The notes under the pieces were generated by a model, which saw nothing but the letters and a program-made list of their open reading frames with translations, ran no database searches and was not told the DNA's origin. 64,000 nucleotides of DNA from the human T2T-CHM13v2.0 reference genome, Homo sapiens, in NCBI RefSeq assembly GCF_009914755.1, contig NC_060937.1; one strand, 5' to 3'. Shown here piece after piece: positions 15,941 to 27,665 of this stretch (position 1 is the stretch's first letter; each line of letters opens with the position of its first letter). The translations under genes and the position numbers were made by a program.

Positions 15941-16805
15941 TAGAAAAATCTCATCCAGTCCATATGACTCAAAATTGTAATTAACTGACTATATGAACCT
16001 TTAAAGCTTCAGATTTTTTTTCCTAGGAATTAAATTCCTCTTTTTTGCTCTGAATGATAAAGATAATTTTGTTAGAACACCGAGAATTAAGGCTCTTTCT
16101 TGTAAGATGCTAAAATCAAGTTATTATCCATTTAAGTAGACATTACAGATTGCCTTTAGAAGTGTAAAATGTGCTGGAGATCTGCTGAAAAAAACAACAG
16201 GTGTAAAATGTTGACTGTTTTGTCAAATGCTGTGAATTTTGTTTTTGTAAATGAAGTTTTTTTTCTTTTACAAAAATAAAAAGTGTATTTTCTGTCTGTG
16301 CTTATTGCACACTTGAAATCATAATGGTCGTTTATGACATCAGATTTTGTCCCTGTGGAAAGGATTATGATGTTGTAAAGATAACATTATGATTTTGAGT
16401 AAAGAAGAATAAGGAACAGATGATCTCTTAAAAATGCAAATTCTATTTTTATGCAAATATCTTTCTTTGTAAAATACTCAAAAAAAATGCATACATTAGT
16501 TCATTAAAAGTGCCATAGAAGCAGAAATCTCTTTACTGAATGAATTTTCAAGTTTCCACTAGCCATCTGAAACCTTTTGTAAATGTGAACTCCAATTCAA
16601 AAAACTTAAAAAGATACCTTAAAAGATTTGAAATAGCGATTTTTTGTTTTATGAAAATGACTTTTATCAGTTTATCATTAAAAATTCAAGTTACATTTAT
16701 ACCTCTATTGAAAAATGGCTGCTGACAAAGCCATAAAAAACAAATTTAAAAAGCAATCTTTGATGGATGGGAAATATAAATTAAATATAAAAAGTTTTTG
16801 CTTAC

Positions 16806-16860
16806 CTGTCTTCTGAAACCACTGGGAGTCTAAAAACTTAACAGCGTATTTAGAAAGCAT
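16806..16860 (-). other. Candidate exon: ATG-initiated 55-nt coding segment (MLSKYAVKFLDSQWFQKT, phase 1) or 24-nt microexon 16806-16829
   Basis: Strong 5' splice site CAG|GTAAGC; upstream acaATGc open to the donor; alternative acceptor GTTTTTAG at 16830-16831; no partner exon identified in the window. Confidence 0.3.
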
Positions 16861-16882
16861 TGTTGAGAAGGCCCCACCTCCC

Positions 16883-16920
16883 TTTTTTTTTTTTTTTTTT
16901 GTTTTGTTTTGTTTTGTTTT
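16883..16920. repeat. T18 followed by (GTTTT)4
   Basis: Direct read; no adjacent Alu or L1 body visible. Confidence 0.95.
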
Positions 16921-17940
16921 GAGGTATGTTCAGTTGATTTTCTTTCAATCTCTTCCTACACAAAAACCACAGGGTCTCTTTGGTATATTTTAACTTGAGA
17001 ATAGAATGCTATATTTTTTGATGTATGTAATAGAGATAATCTGCCACATTTTGCTTTCTTTCCACAAAATTACTTTCAATGCTTTCTGCAAAGTTGAGGA
17101 AAATTGGAGCCCTGAATATTTTAGAATGACAGTAGTGGCAAAAAAATGAGAGAAGATGCAATCAGATTTTTTTTTATCATATATTTAAGAGCCTCCAATT
17201 TTATAGTCAGAGGCAAAACTTGGCTCTGAATTTAAGTTGCTTTCTTTATATCAAGGCTATTGATAGTGAAAAATAGTGCTCATCTAATAATGATTAGGTC
17301 TATTAGTAAAGCCTGCTTATTTTGTTTTTATGTAATAGAATCATTTAGTTATCAGCTATTTTAATCTGAGTAAGCCAGTATATTCTTAGAGCTAAGTTGT
17401 AATTTATAAGATGCTAAGCAGTGTCTGGCACTTAAAAATTATTCTTCTAGGTCTATACAACTGCAGACTGCCATCAAACCAGAACAACTCCAAAACAGTG
17501 CTGAGGGTAGATGGTGGAGTTACAAGGCAAACATTTAAGGCCTGTTTTGTTATTTATTAGAAAATGAGTATGTGCTTGTCTCTAACTTTTCTGCTATCTA
17601 CTTTATTCATCTTTAAAACTGAAATTGTAATAGCTAAGTTCATAGACTGATTTCTGAGAATAAAAATGGGCCATTTATGTGAAACTGGTCTGTAAACAAA
17701 AACCTATGTAAACATAAGGTATTATAATCACTTTATACTGCTATACTCACTTTAAGCAGTTATCACGGAGGATATACATTTTGTATAGTCTGGCTATTCA
17801 GACCTACTGGTTCAGAAACTTTGGAATTATTTTTGACAGAATTAATTAGTCTTGGCTTATAAACCATGCAGACTAAGAAATCAGGTAATCAAGGATCTGA
17901 GGTAAATATATATTTGTTTTGTATTGCTTTCAACAAAGTC

Positions 17941-19220
17941 TGTATTAGTTATTTATTGATACAGTACAGATTAACTCCAAACTCAGCAACTTAAAATAAC
18001 AAACATTTAGTGTCTTTCACTTTATGTGGATCAGGAACACGGGAGAAGTTTAGCTGAGTACTTCTGGCACAAGGTCTTTCATGAGGCTGCATTCAAGTTG
18101 TTGGTTGGGACAGTGGTCTCATCTCAAACTGAAGGGGGGCAATCTACTTCCATGCTTACTTACCTAGTTATTGGCAGGCTTTGGTTCCTCAGCATGTGGG
18201 CCTCTCCACGGGCAATTTTCTTTCCAGAGGGCAAATGACGAGAGAGAGCGAGCGAGAGAGAGTGAGCAAACCAACTTAAGATGGAAACCACAATTATTTT
18301 ATAGCCTAATCTTGACAATGACAGTCCATTATGTCTACCATATTTATTAGAAGAAAGTCACTAAGTCCATCTCATACTCAACGTGATTACACAAGGGTAT
18401 GAGAACTAAAAAGCAAGTCTCATCAGAGATCTTTTTGGCAGCTGCCTACCACAGACTGTCCTGTGGCTCCCAGGACATGAACTACATTCACTACACACCA
18501 TAGGTCATATTTCATTCTGTTATACCATTGCCTTAAAGCCCAGGATCTTGCCATCTAAACCTGGACCAGGAGTAGATGAGGCTCATTGATGTGATTCCTT
18601 GGGTACAGCTCCCCACATACAGTTTCTCCTGATCTACAGATATGTGAAACAAAACTGAGAGGTTGTCTTCCACCCTCACCCCTAACATATTAATATGATG
18701 GGGGGAAGGCATAGTATAGCTACTATAAACATTCATGTTCAAAAGAGATAAAATGGGAGCCTCTAAGGAGTCCATAAAAATTCTGAAATCCAGCCAGGCA
18801 AATTGGAAAGTACTCTATTAGCTCTCAAAGTCTGGGAAGAATTCACTGTGGCTCCCTGCTCCTCTCTTCGGGCTCTTATTTCCACCCCCATAATTTTATT
18901 TTTACAAACAGGCAGCACATGCCTGTAGCTGAGCAGTTCTCTCAGTCTTCTTCTTGCTGGTAAAACTCTGGGGGTTCAATGGCCTCTCCTAACTCCATAC
19001 TATTATTTTTCTCCTCAGGCCCAGCTGGCAATGATGCTGGAAATGTAACCCTTCTGAGAATTTTGCTGGACTTTTCCATATATTCGTTAGACAAACTTAC
19101 ACCACAAGTCTCTTTAAGAGTACCCCTTCTCTACCTTGGGCTCCTGCTAGACAGCTGAGGGACAGTGCCCTTAAGCTTCACAGAAATCCTTTTGTTTGAT
19201 TTATAGAAGCTGCATGGCAG
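17941..19220 (-). mobile_element. MLT1 (F/H-like) 3' LTR (17941-18452) plus adjoining internal sequence
   Basis: TGTATTAGTTATTTATTG start, CATGTGGGCCTCTCCAC, (GA)n tract, GCTGCCTACCACA end; then MLT1-int-like GGACCAGGAGTAGATGAGGCTC. Confidence 0.75.
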
Positions 19221-19249
19221 ACAATCTATTTTTATTTTATTTATACAAA

Positions 19250-19500
19250 GTTCCAAAGAATCAAAACTCAGCTATAGTATTTAGAGATTCCCACTTAAAT
19301 ATCATAACTGCACGGAAAACAAAGGAGTAATTTACAAGAATATTAGAATCCTAAGTGCTCCTGGGAAGAGGGAGAGGGATGTGGAGAGAACTGTAAGAAG
19401 GGCTTCAAACTTGTTTTTAATCTTTCATATGTTATACTGGATGATGGATACACTGATGTTTACTTCATAGTTTTTATTAAAATTTAAAGAAATATATATG
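19250..19500 (+). mobile_element. Old L1M 3' fragment
   Basis: AAAACTCAGCTATAGTATTTAGAGATT ... CTGGATGATGGATACACTGATGTTTACTT, L1ME-like 3'UTR text. Confidence 0.4.
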
Positions 19501-19553
19501 TACGTACATTATGTATTCCTTTGTCCACATGATTTATACAAAAGAGCAAAACT

Positions 19554-19988
<435 letters not shown>

Positions 19989-20419
19989 TTAGGTGATTAA
20001 ACTGAGTTAAGTTAATAGGTTTTGCCTTTTTGCATGTTTTGTTAGCTATTTGATAATATTTTTCTAAAGAGAAAAATGTTCCAAGAGAACAATATTAAAT
20101 GTGATCATTCATCACATCCAAAGCAACATTTTTCTTGTTCTGCTCATTTTTGTTTCATTCTGTTTTGTGAAACCAAAGAGGAGGAAAGGAAAAAGAGGAG
20201 GAAAGGAATTTGGTGGTAATAATCAAACTTACATTATTGGAGAGTTTTGAGAAAACAGCCTTCTCAAGAGCAGTTATTCTGAATTGTTGGTGAAGTTCTA
20301 CCAACATAATAAGGGAAAGAAGGAGAGAGGTTTGCTGTTTTCTATGTTCAAATAGAGAACTTGGTTAGATGTGATATTATAAAGATAGAAAGTGACATAT
20401 AGTCAAAGTTCTCTTCCTA

Positions 20420-20945
20420 AACCAGTTCTGGTGTTGTCACTCTTTTGATTAAATATCTTCAGACCTTCAGGATAAAAGGCATGCATACAAAGCCCTTCAT
20501 GACATGACACGTGCTTTTCTCTTCACCCCTACCTCCTGTCATTCTCACTCCATCCCAATAGACTGAGACTCCAAAAGCCACCAGCTCATTGCTTTTCTGG
20601 AATATGCAAAGCTCTCTCTCCATTCATGCTCATGTACTTGTTCTTCTCTCTGACCCAAAGACCCTTCACTGGCTAACTCCTGGTTACCCTTCAGATGGGG
20701 AAGAGATTAAATACTGAGAAAATGTTCCTGTCTTTCCCCAAAGTTTGGGGTAGTTAGATGTTTCTGAAGAAATCATGTTGACCTTGCCTCCTAAGTTAGT
20801 GTTTCTCAAAATGGACTTCACATTCCTTAGAGGGCAGGGATGGTGTCTCCTTTTCTGCTTTATCATTATGACTTTACAGTAAGCACTCAATAAGTATTTG
20901 TGGGCTAAACAGATGGATGCATTTTGTGGATGAATGAAATGATTC
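20420..20945 (+). mobile_element. L2 3' fragment
   Basis: CAAAGCCCTTCATGAC ... AGAGGGCAGGGATGGTGTCTCC ... GTAAGCACTCAATAAGTATTTG. Confidence 0.6.
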
Positions 20946-20976
20946 TGAGAGTACTCCAATTATGAAAGTGTAGAAC

Positions 20977-21344
20977 TGACATGGTTTGGCTGTGTCCCCA
21001 CCCAAATCTCATCTTGAATTGTAACTCCCATAATTCCCACATGTTGTGGGAGGGACCTGGTGGGAGATAATTGAATCATGGGAGTGGTTGCCCCATACTG
21101 TTGTCATGGTAGTGAATACGTCTCACAAGACCTGATGGTTTTATGCTGGGTTTCTCCTTTCACTTGGCTCTCATTCTCTTTGCCAGCCACCATGTAAGAC
21201 GTCCCTTTGCTCTTCCTTTGTCTTTTGCCATGATTATGAAGCCTCCCGAGCCAAAGGGAACTGTGAGCCCATTAAACCTCTTTGCTTTTTAAATTACCCA
21301 GTTTTGGGTATGTCTTTATTAGTCCTTGAGAGCAAACTAATACA
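20977..21344 (+). mobile_element. Solo THE1 (B/C-like) LTR
   Basis: TGACATGGTTTGGCTGTGTCCCCACCCAAATCTCATCTTGAATTG ... AACTAATACA; perfect 5-bp TSD AGAAC (20972-20976 and 21345-21349). Confidence 0.95.
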
Positions 21345-21369
21345 AGAACAATAGGTAGGTTTGTAGAGT

Positions 21370-21595
21370 CCTTAAGCATGTGGGCTATGGAACCTAACTG
21401 CTTGGCATGAAATTTTATCTCTACCATTTACTAACTGTTAGTTCTGGGGCAAGTTGTATAAACTTTCTTGACTCAGCTCTCTCATTTGTTAAAATAGTAA
21501 TAACACCTTCATTGTGTTGTTGGAATGATTAAATGAAGTAATATATGTTAAGTGCTCAGTCAGTCCTGATACCTAGTAGTTCAATATGCTGAATA
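21370..21595 (+). mobile_element. MIR
   Basis: CTCTACCATTTACTAACTGTTAGTTCTGGGGCAAGTT ... GATTAAATGAAGTAATATATG. Confidence 0.7.
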
Positions 21596-23284
21596 TTGCC
21601 CCAGGTAGCAGACCACTGGATTCAGTTAAGACTCATAAGGACCAACAAAAGGTGGATCCAGGAAGGAGAAGGTGCATGCTTGACCCTCTTATCTTCCTCA
21701 TCACAATACTAAAAACACCATGTTGAAATTGTGTGTTTAGTAGTATGTATCTCCATTTTATCCTGAAGATCTGTGAGAGAAAGCCCATTGTTCTCTTGAG
21801 CACTGCTGTATCTCTAATATCAGCACATAGAAATTCTTCAACAAATATTTGCTGAATGATTAGTAAGCACAATCAGGTGAAGGCATTTGAGACTTTTATG
21901 GCGTGACTCTAACAACCTTGATAGTAAGTAATTGGGAGCCTTAAAAATTATAAACCCCCCTGAAAACTCAGGCATTACAGCAACCATCTCCATTAGTGGC
22001 AATTAATTATACTTTGAATTTTCTCACCTTGAAGTCAGGTTTAAAAATACCCTTTACCTGTGTGTGTGTGACAAGGCATGGTATGAAGTAGGGATGAGAT
22101 CAGCAGAGGTGAAGTCAAGGACAGAGTAGGGACAAGGAAATGAACCCAGGGAGAAGGTTTCACTTGAATAGGGAATGACAGTAGTATTGTTTAGAGGGAT
22201 CCCTAAATGTATCAGTGGATGTTCCGAGAGCACTGGGTATTTTGCAGTACATGAAACCTCTACAGCCTCATATTTCACTACACAATTCGGGAGAAAGTAA
22301 AATATGAGAAAAAAGATTAGTGGATTTAGGGAGATAAGGCAGTGAATTAACAGCTCACTGTTTGGAGAGTATCATATATAACAGCTCAGGACACAAATTC
22401 TTTGATAAATGATATCTTCAGGGAATTTTCAGACAAAATAAAAGTTTTCCAATTAGTTTCCTTGAGATAATGTCACTTTTCCCCATAAACACACTGTAGT
22501 TGATTTCATTTTTCATATGTTGGTTTGCTGATGATTTAGACAAAGGTGAATGAACCTGGCTTTACTCGCAGGATACATATTTTAAAATGGTATGCTGGTT
22601 CTTAGACAGGTAACTTCCACCAGCCAGCCCTCAAGGTGAATAAGAAACACCTTTTTGGCTCTTTGGAACACTAACTCTTTCAGGACATTACATTTCATCT
22701 CCAGTACACTAATTGGCAATTTGGGAGCCTGAAGCTGTAATCTATCTCCTAGAAGAGTTGTTACCTCACACCTAGGGGGTAGTTTACTTTCCCGGTGATA
22801 TCACAGAATAGCAGAATTTGAAGGAATTTTGAGCAGTGAAATATACAGGTCTTGGCCAGAGGAACGCAGGAAAGACAGGCATATTACACGCAGTTTCAAC
22901 CCCAGTAGCAGCCCCTGCATAGTCTTGGGATCATCTTAAACTCCCTTGCTTCCGTTTTCTAACCAGGAAACAAATTCCAGATCAATTCTAGATGGAAGCT
23001 GACAAGTCTTTATAAAACACTGTCTTATTAGATGAGTGGACTTTGTGATGTCTTCTGTTATGTCAACAGAGAGATGGTACGATCCTGACCTTTTTTCGGG
23101 AAGCACTTCCACTTTCAGAAGGTTTTGTTCAACCCATCTCTAAGATGCACCAATCTATCTGATTTCAATATTTCTTGCCAGAATAGCTATATATTTACCT
23201 TATGTAACAGGTTCCACCCTCAGGTATTCTTCCTAAATTACTAATGCTATGTCTTAAATTTATTATGTCTTTTTTACTTAGGAA

Positions 23285-23520
23285 GCACTGGAGTATGATG
23301 GTTAAGAATTGGTTTCTGAAGCTTAGAGGGTCAGAAGTTTGAGTCTAGCTCTGCGTACTAACTTGTGGCTTTGTAAGATTATATAGATTCTCTAAGACTC
23401 CCTGTTCTATTCTGTAACATGGGGTAATAATAACAGCTTACCTCAGGTGTTGGCTCTGAGAGATAAATAATATAATTCTAGTTTTTTTTACTAGATAGTT
23501 ATTATCATTATTACTGTTGT
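23285..23520 (+). mobile_element. MIR
   Basis: GAGTATGATGGTTAAGAATTGGTTTCTGAAGC ... CTGTAACATGGGGTAATAATAACAGCTTACCTCA. Confidence 0.6.
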
Positions 23521-24259
23521 ACAGATATAGTCAGGGTTGAAGTTTACTTCATGATAAAACTGTCTGTAAAAAATTAGTAACATACATTAATTCTAGGGGA
23601 AGAGTTTTAAATTTTCATAAACTTTGGAAGGCTGCATAAAATAGTCAACATTTTTATTATAAATTTGCTAATGTAACCATACAAGTATAATTTAAAAACT
23701 TGTTTTTAAACAAGTAAGTATTATACTTAAAATGGCAGAAAGCAAACTGGATTTCTTTGAAAGCATCTGTTGTTTTTGACTCCTCACTGATTTAAACTAA
23801 CTTTATCTCAGTACCAATGAATGATCTTTCCCATAGTTTCTTATTTACCCATCTTTCTTTCATGTTAACCACCCTAAATTGCAGGATTTTTAAATGGCGG
23901 GGAGTGGGTAAGGATATTGACCTGCTTATTACACGACAAAATTTAAATCCTTAACTTGGTCAGTTCATAGCTGTGGTCTCTGAACAAATATTTGATCTCT
24001 CTGGACTTTATTTGCCTCTTTGTAAAATAGAGATGGCAATAGCTCATAGTATTGAAAAGAAAATAGCTGGGTTCAATTGGCTTGACAAAAAGCTATTAAG
24101 AGCTATTTTAATGTAAAGCAAGTTACCCTTCTGAAGTCCAAATTGCTCCTTGTGGGGAAGATGAAGCAAGGACCCTGAAGCTCTGCCCAAAGTTGCAGGG
24201 CTGGCTTCAGCAGAGTCTGGGCATATCCTGGCTCTGCTACAGCACAGCTAATGACCATT

Positions 24260-24470
24260 TTCTTTATGAGATGCTCTATGGAAATTGTTGCATGGGCAAA
24301 TAAGTTCGGGAAATGCTGCACATTACATCTCCCCCACACTTTGGGGAGTGAATCTAAAGATTCACAGTGCTCATTAGTTTCTTAAAGACCAAGAACCCCT
24401 TCAGTAGAGAAACCTATTTAACCTTGTGTAATGCAGCATTTCTTATATATATTTGACCCTGGCACCCACT
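24260..24470. mobile_element. Old hAT-Charlie-type MER fragment (family unresolved)
   Basis: AATAAGTTCGGGAAATGCTGC ... CAGTAGAGAAACCTATTTAACCTTG ... CAGCATTTC ... ATTTGACC, with an inverted arrangement of the GAAATGCTG motif. Confidence 0.4.
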
Positions 24471-24803
24471 GATGCCCCTTAGGAGGCATATGCTAGAGAG
24501 AGCTGATGGGCTAGCTGAGGTTGGAGATGATTATTGTGATCTCAGTTCATGCAGTTGTCTCCAGCAGAGCCCGATTGATCATATACAGACACACACAATG
24601 AGTTCAGCTATGGACCTGGCTAATTGAGGGATTACTTTTCAGAAGGGCCAGTCACAAAGACAGAGGACATGAGCAGAGAAGCGTGACTGGGGAAAAGACA
24701 TGTTTTGGACTTCATGAATTTTGACTATCTCTGAGAGAGCTGAGTGAGGGTATGTGATTGGACGTCCGATGCACAGGTATGGCTTTCAAGAGAGAGAGAA
24801 ACA

Positions 24804-25192
24804 CAGTTATGCACTACATAATGACATTTTAGTCAATGACTAAAATGCAGAGATGACTGTGGTCCCCTAAGAGCATAGTGGAGATGAAAAATTTCTGTCA
24901 CCTAGTGATGTCATAGCTGTTATAATGCTGTAGCATAACATATTCCCTTTTGTATATTTAGACATGTTTACATACACAAATACCATTATATTAGTTGCCT
25001 ACGGCATTCAGCACAGTAACATGCTATGCAGGTTTGTAGCCTAGAAGCAATAGGCTAGACCATATAGCCTAGATGTGTAGTAGGCTATCCCATCTAGTTT
25101 TGTGTAAGTACATTCTATGAGGTTTTCATGATGACAAAATCATCTAAGAAGGCATTTGTCAGAAGGTAGGCCTGTTGCTAGGTGACGATGAC
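24804..25192. mobile_element. Tigger3/MER7-family DNA transposon derivative
   Basis: CAGTTATGCACTACATAATGACATTTTAGTCAATGAC start; GTAGCCTAGAAGCAATAGGCTAGACCATATAGCCTAG ... GTGTAAGTACATTCTATGA core. Confidence 0.85.
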
Positions 25193-25389
25193 AATATAGA
25201 TGATTTTTGTTTACTGATACATTTAATCAACAAATTTGGATATTGAAGCTTAGAGGGAACGATGGGAACTTTGGCAGTTGATGTAATTGTATAGGAAGAA
25301 TGTTTTAGATTAAGAAGAGAATGGAACCACACTAGGCCCACCAGACAGACACATTGGAATCACTGTCATTTAAAGAATAAGCAAAGGAC

Positions 25390-25670
25390 AGAAGGTGCAG
25401 TGGCTCATTCCTTTAATCCCAGTGCTTTAGGAGGCTGAGGCAGGAGGATTACTTGACACCAGGAATTCAAGACTAGCTTGGGCAACATAAAAAGTCCCCA
25501 TATCTACAACAAAAACTAAAAATATTAGTTTTTATAATGGGTTTTATATTAGTTTTTATACTGGGCATGGTAGTCACATGCCTGTAGTCCAAGCTACTTG
25601 GAAGCCTTGAGGCTGGAGGATTACTTGAGCCCAGGAAAATAATAATAATAATAACAACAACAACAACCAT
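25390..25670 (+). mobile_element. AluJ-like element with linker insertion and truncated right arm
   Basis: Left arm to CCCCATATCTAC, AT-rich insert, right arm ends at GAGCCCAGG followed by (AAT)n(AAC)n. Confidence 0.85.
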
Positions 25671-26853
25671 AGGCAAAGAGAGAGAAAGAGGACAACTTTT
25701 TAATAGATGACTTTGTTCTCTTTTGCATTATTGTTATTGATTACTACTACTTTTTCTCTTAATAAACAGCAAAAGTTCAGGAAGGTTGTAATGTTTTTGA
25801 AATAAAGCTCATGGGTGGCAGATGTCGGCTTCCAACACAGGCCTCTTGGCTCATGCTCAATTCATCCTTTTCCTAATACACACTGTTAAATTTCTCTTCT
25901 GCACACAGCCTTCTATTAGATTCTTGTTCTCATAGAACTTACAGCCAAGATACAGAATACTGTAAATATCAGGATTGAATACTAAAATATCAGTTATAAA
26001 TCTTATACGAGTGAAGAGAAGGTTATCAACAGGTATTTTCATCTCTGCTACAGAGCCAATAAAATTAATAAGTGTCTTAGCTGAGAGTAATGAGCCTATT
26101 ACTTTGAACCATCATAAGAAGTTAGAGTAAGTTAGTATTTTAGGAAATAAAGCAGGAGCTGTTGATTAATTTTTAAGTTTGTCATGATAGCATAATTTCT
26201 CTAAGATATTAAATTTTAGTATTTTATATAGGAAATTAAGCAAAACTGTTTGTGAAATACATACATAAGTATTCACTTACATATATACTCCCATATGTTT
26301 ATATTACAATAATGGAAATAAAGTTCAATAATCAAGCCAAGAACCAAACTATTGCTGGATTTTATCTTTCTCACTTACATCAATATTGTCAGTGCTTAGA
26401 TTTTGTTTTTGATTGTTTCCAAAATAGTTATTTTCCATCTACAATAAAAGAGAAATGTTCATATTTGCTGAAGAAATGTTGAAGATGCTTATGCTGGATG
26501 AAGTTTGTGTCTACAGTGAAAAGCATCAGATCAAAACCAGTTGTTTTGGTGTTTTGAGCTGTCTTAGGTGAGATGCATGCTGATCTAATTAGTGGTGCAA
26601 AAAATATTTTTAAAAGGAAAAATAGCTGGGCTGATTGTTGTACATTGTCATCAATTAGCAATAACTAGACAATTCATTTCAAAGGAAAGAAAAATATATC
26701 ACTAATTGACTGTTACTAATAAACATTGTGCCAAGCAAGCTCAACTACTTAGAGTGCAGACTTTAATGTTGCTTTGTGTGTCTCTTACTCCTTGCATAGT
26801 TTTCCTTCAACCACTGTGAACTTTGTCAGAACACAATAATCCCCATTTTTAAC

Positions 26854-27332
26854 TATATTAGTTTCCTGGGGCTGCTATAATAAAATAACAAATACTGGGT
26901 AGGTTAAAACAACAGAAATTTATCGTGTCACAGTTCTGAAGGCTTGAAGTCTAAAACTGAAGTGTTGGCAGGACCATGTTCTCTCTGATGGCTCTAAGGC
27001 AGAATCCTTCCTTGCCTCTTCTAGCTTCTAGTGTGTGCTGCAATCACTGGCATTTTTTTGCTTGTAAATGCATCGTTTTAGTCCCCTGGCCACCTTTTTC
27101 CTATACGTCTTCACATCATTTTCCTTCGTGAGTTTGTCTGTCTCTGCATATACAAACTTCCCCTTTGTATAAGGACATCAGTCACATTGAATTAGGGCCT
27201 ACCCTAATGATTTCATTTTAATTTGATTTCCTCTGTAGACACTTTATTTCCAAATGAGGTTACATTCTGAGGTACTGAGGGTTATGACTTGAACATGTTT
27301 TTTTAGTGGGGTGACACAATTCCACCCATAAC
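26854..27332 (-). mobile_element. Solo MLT1 (B/C-like) LTR
   Basis: TATATTAGTTTCCTGGGGCTGCTATAA ... ATAAGGACATCAGTCACATTGAATTAGGGCCTACCCTAATGA ... GACACAATTCCACCCATAACA. Confidence 0.88.
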
Positions 27333-27529
27333 AACAAACATTGGAATTTTACCTATAAATCGCTAAAAGTGAGATCCTTTTCCTTTTCCTCCCCAGGACT
27401 TCCTCCTAACTGAGAATAGGTTGGCAGATCACCTGGCTTTTGCATTTGGCACCTCTCTCATTCCAATAAGAGACCAGAGGTTTCCTTCAGCTTTTTCATA
27501 TGAGTTGTTATCTGCTTGTTGGGTTATTG

Positions 27530-27665
27530 CAGTGATTGTCTACCCTGCCTGCATATTGGAACCCTCTAGGAAACTTACGTATCATTCTGGGGTGTGACCT
27601 GGGCATGGGTTTTAAAAAATATTCTCAGGTGACTCTAATATGAGAATACAGCTGAGAACCTCTAC
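27530..27665. mobile_element. MER5 fragment
   Basis: CTGGGGTGTGACCTGGGCATGGGTTTTAAAAAATATTCTCAGGTGACTCTAATATG ... GCTGAGAACC. Confidence 0.55.

Noticed and set aside
20176-20210. Short tandem duplications (AAAGAGGAGGAAAGGAA x2; similar cases near 915, 36020, 38663 and 51060)
   Set aside because: Ordinary slippage-scale duplications common in primate DNA.
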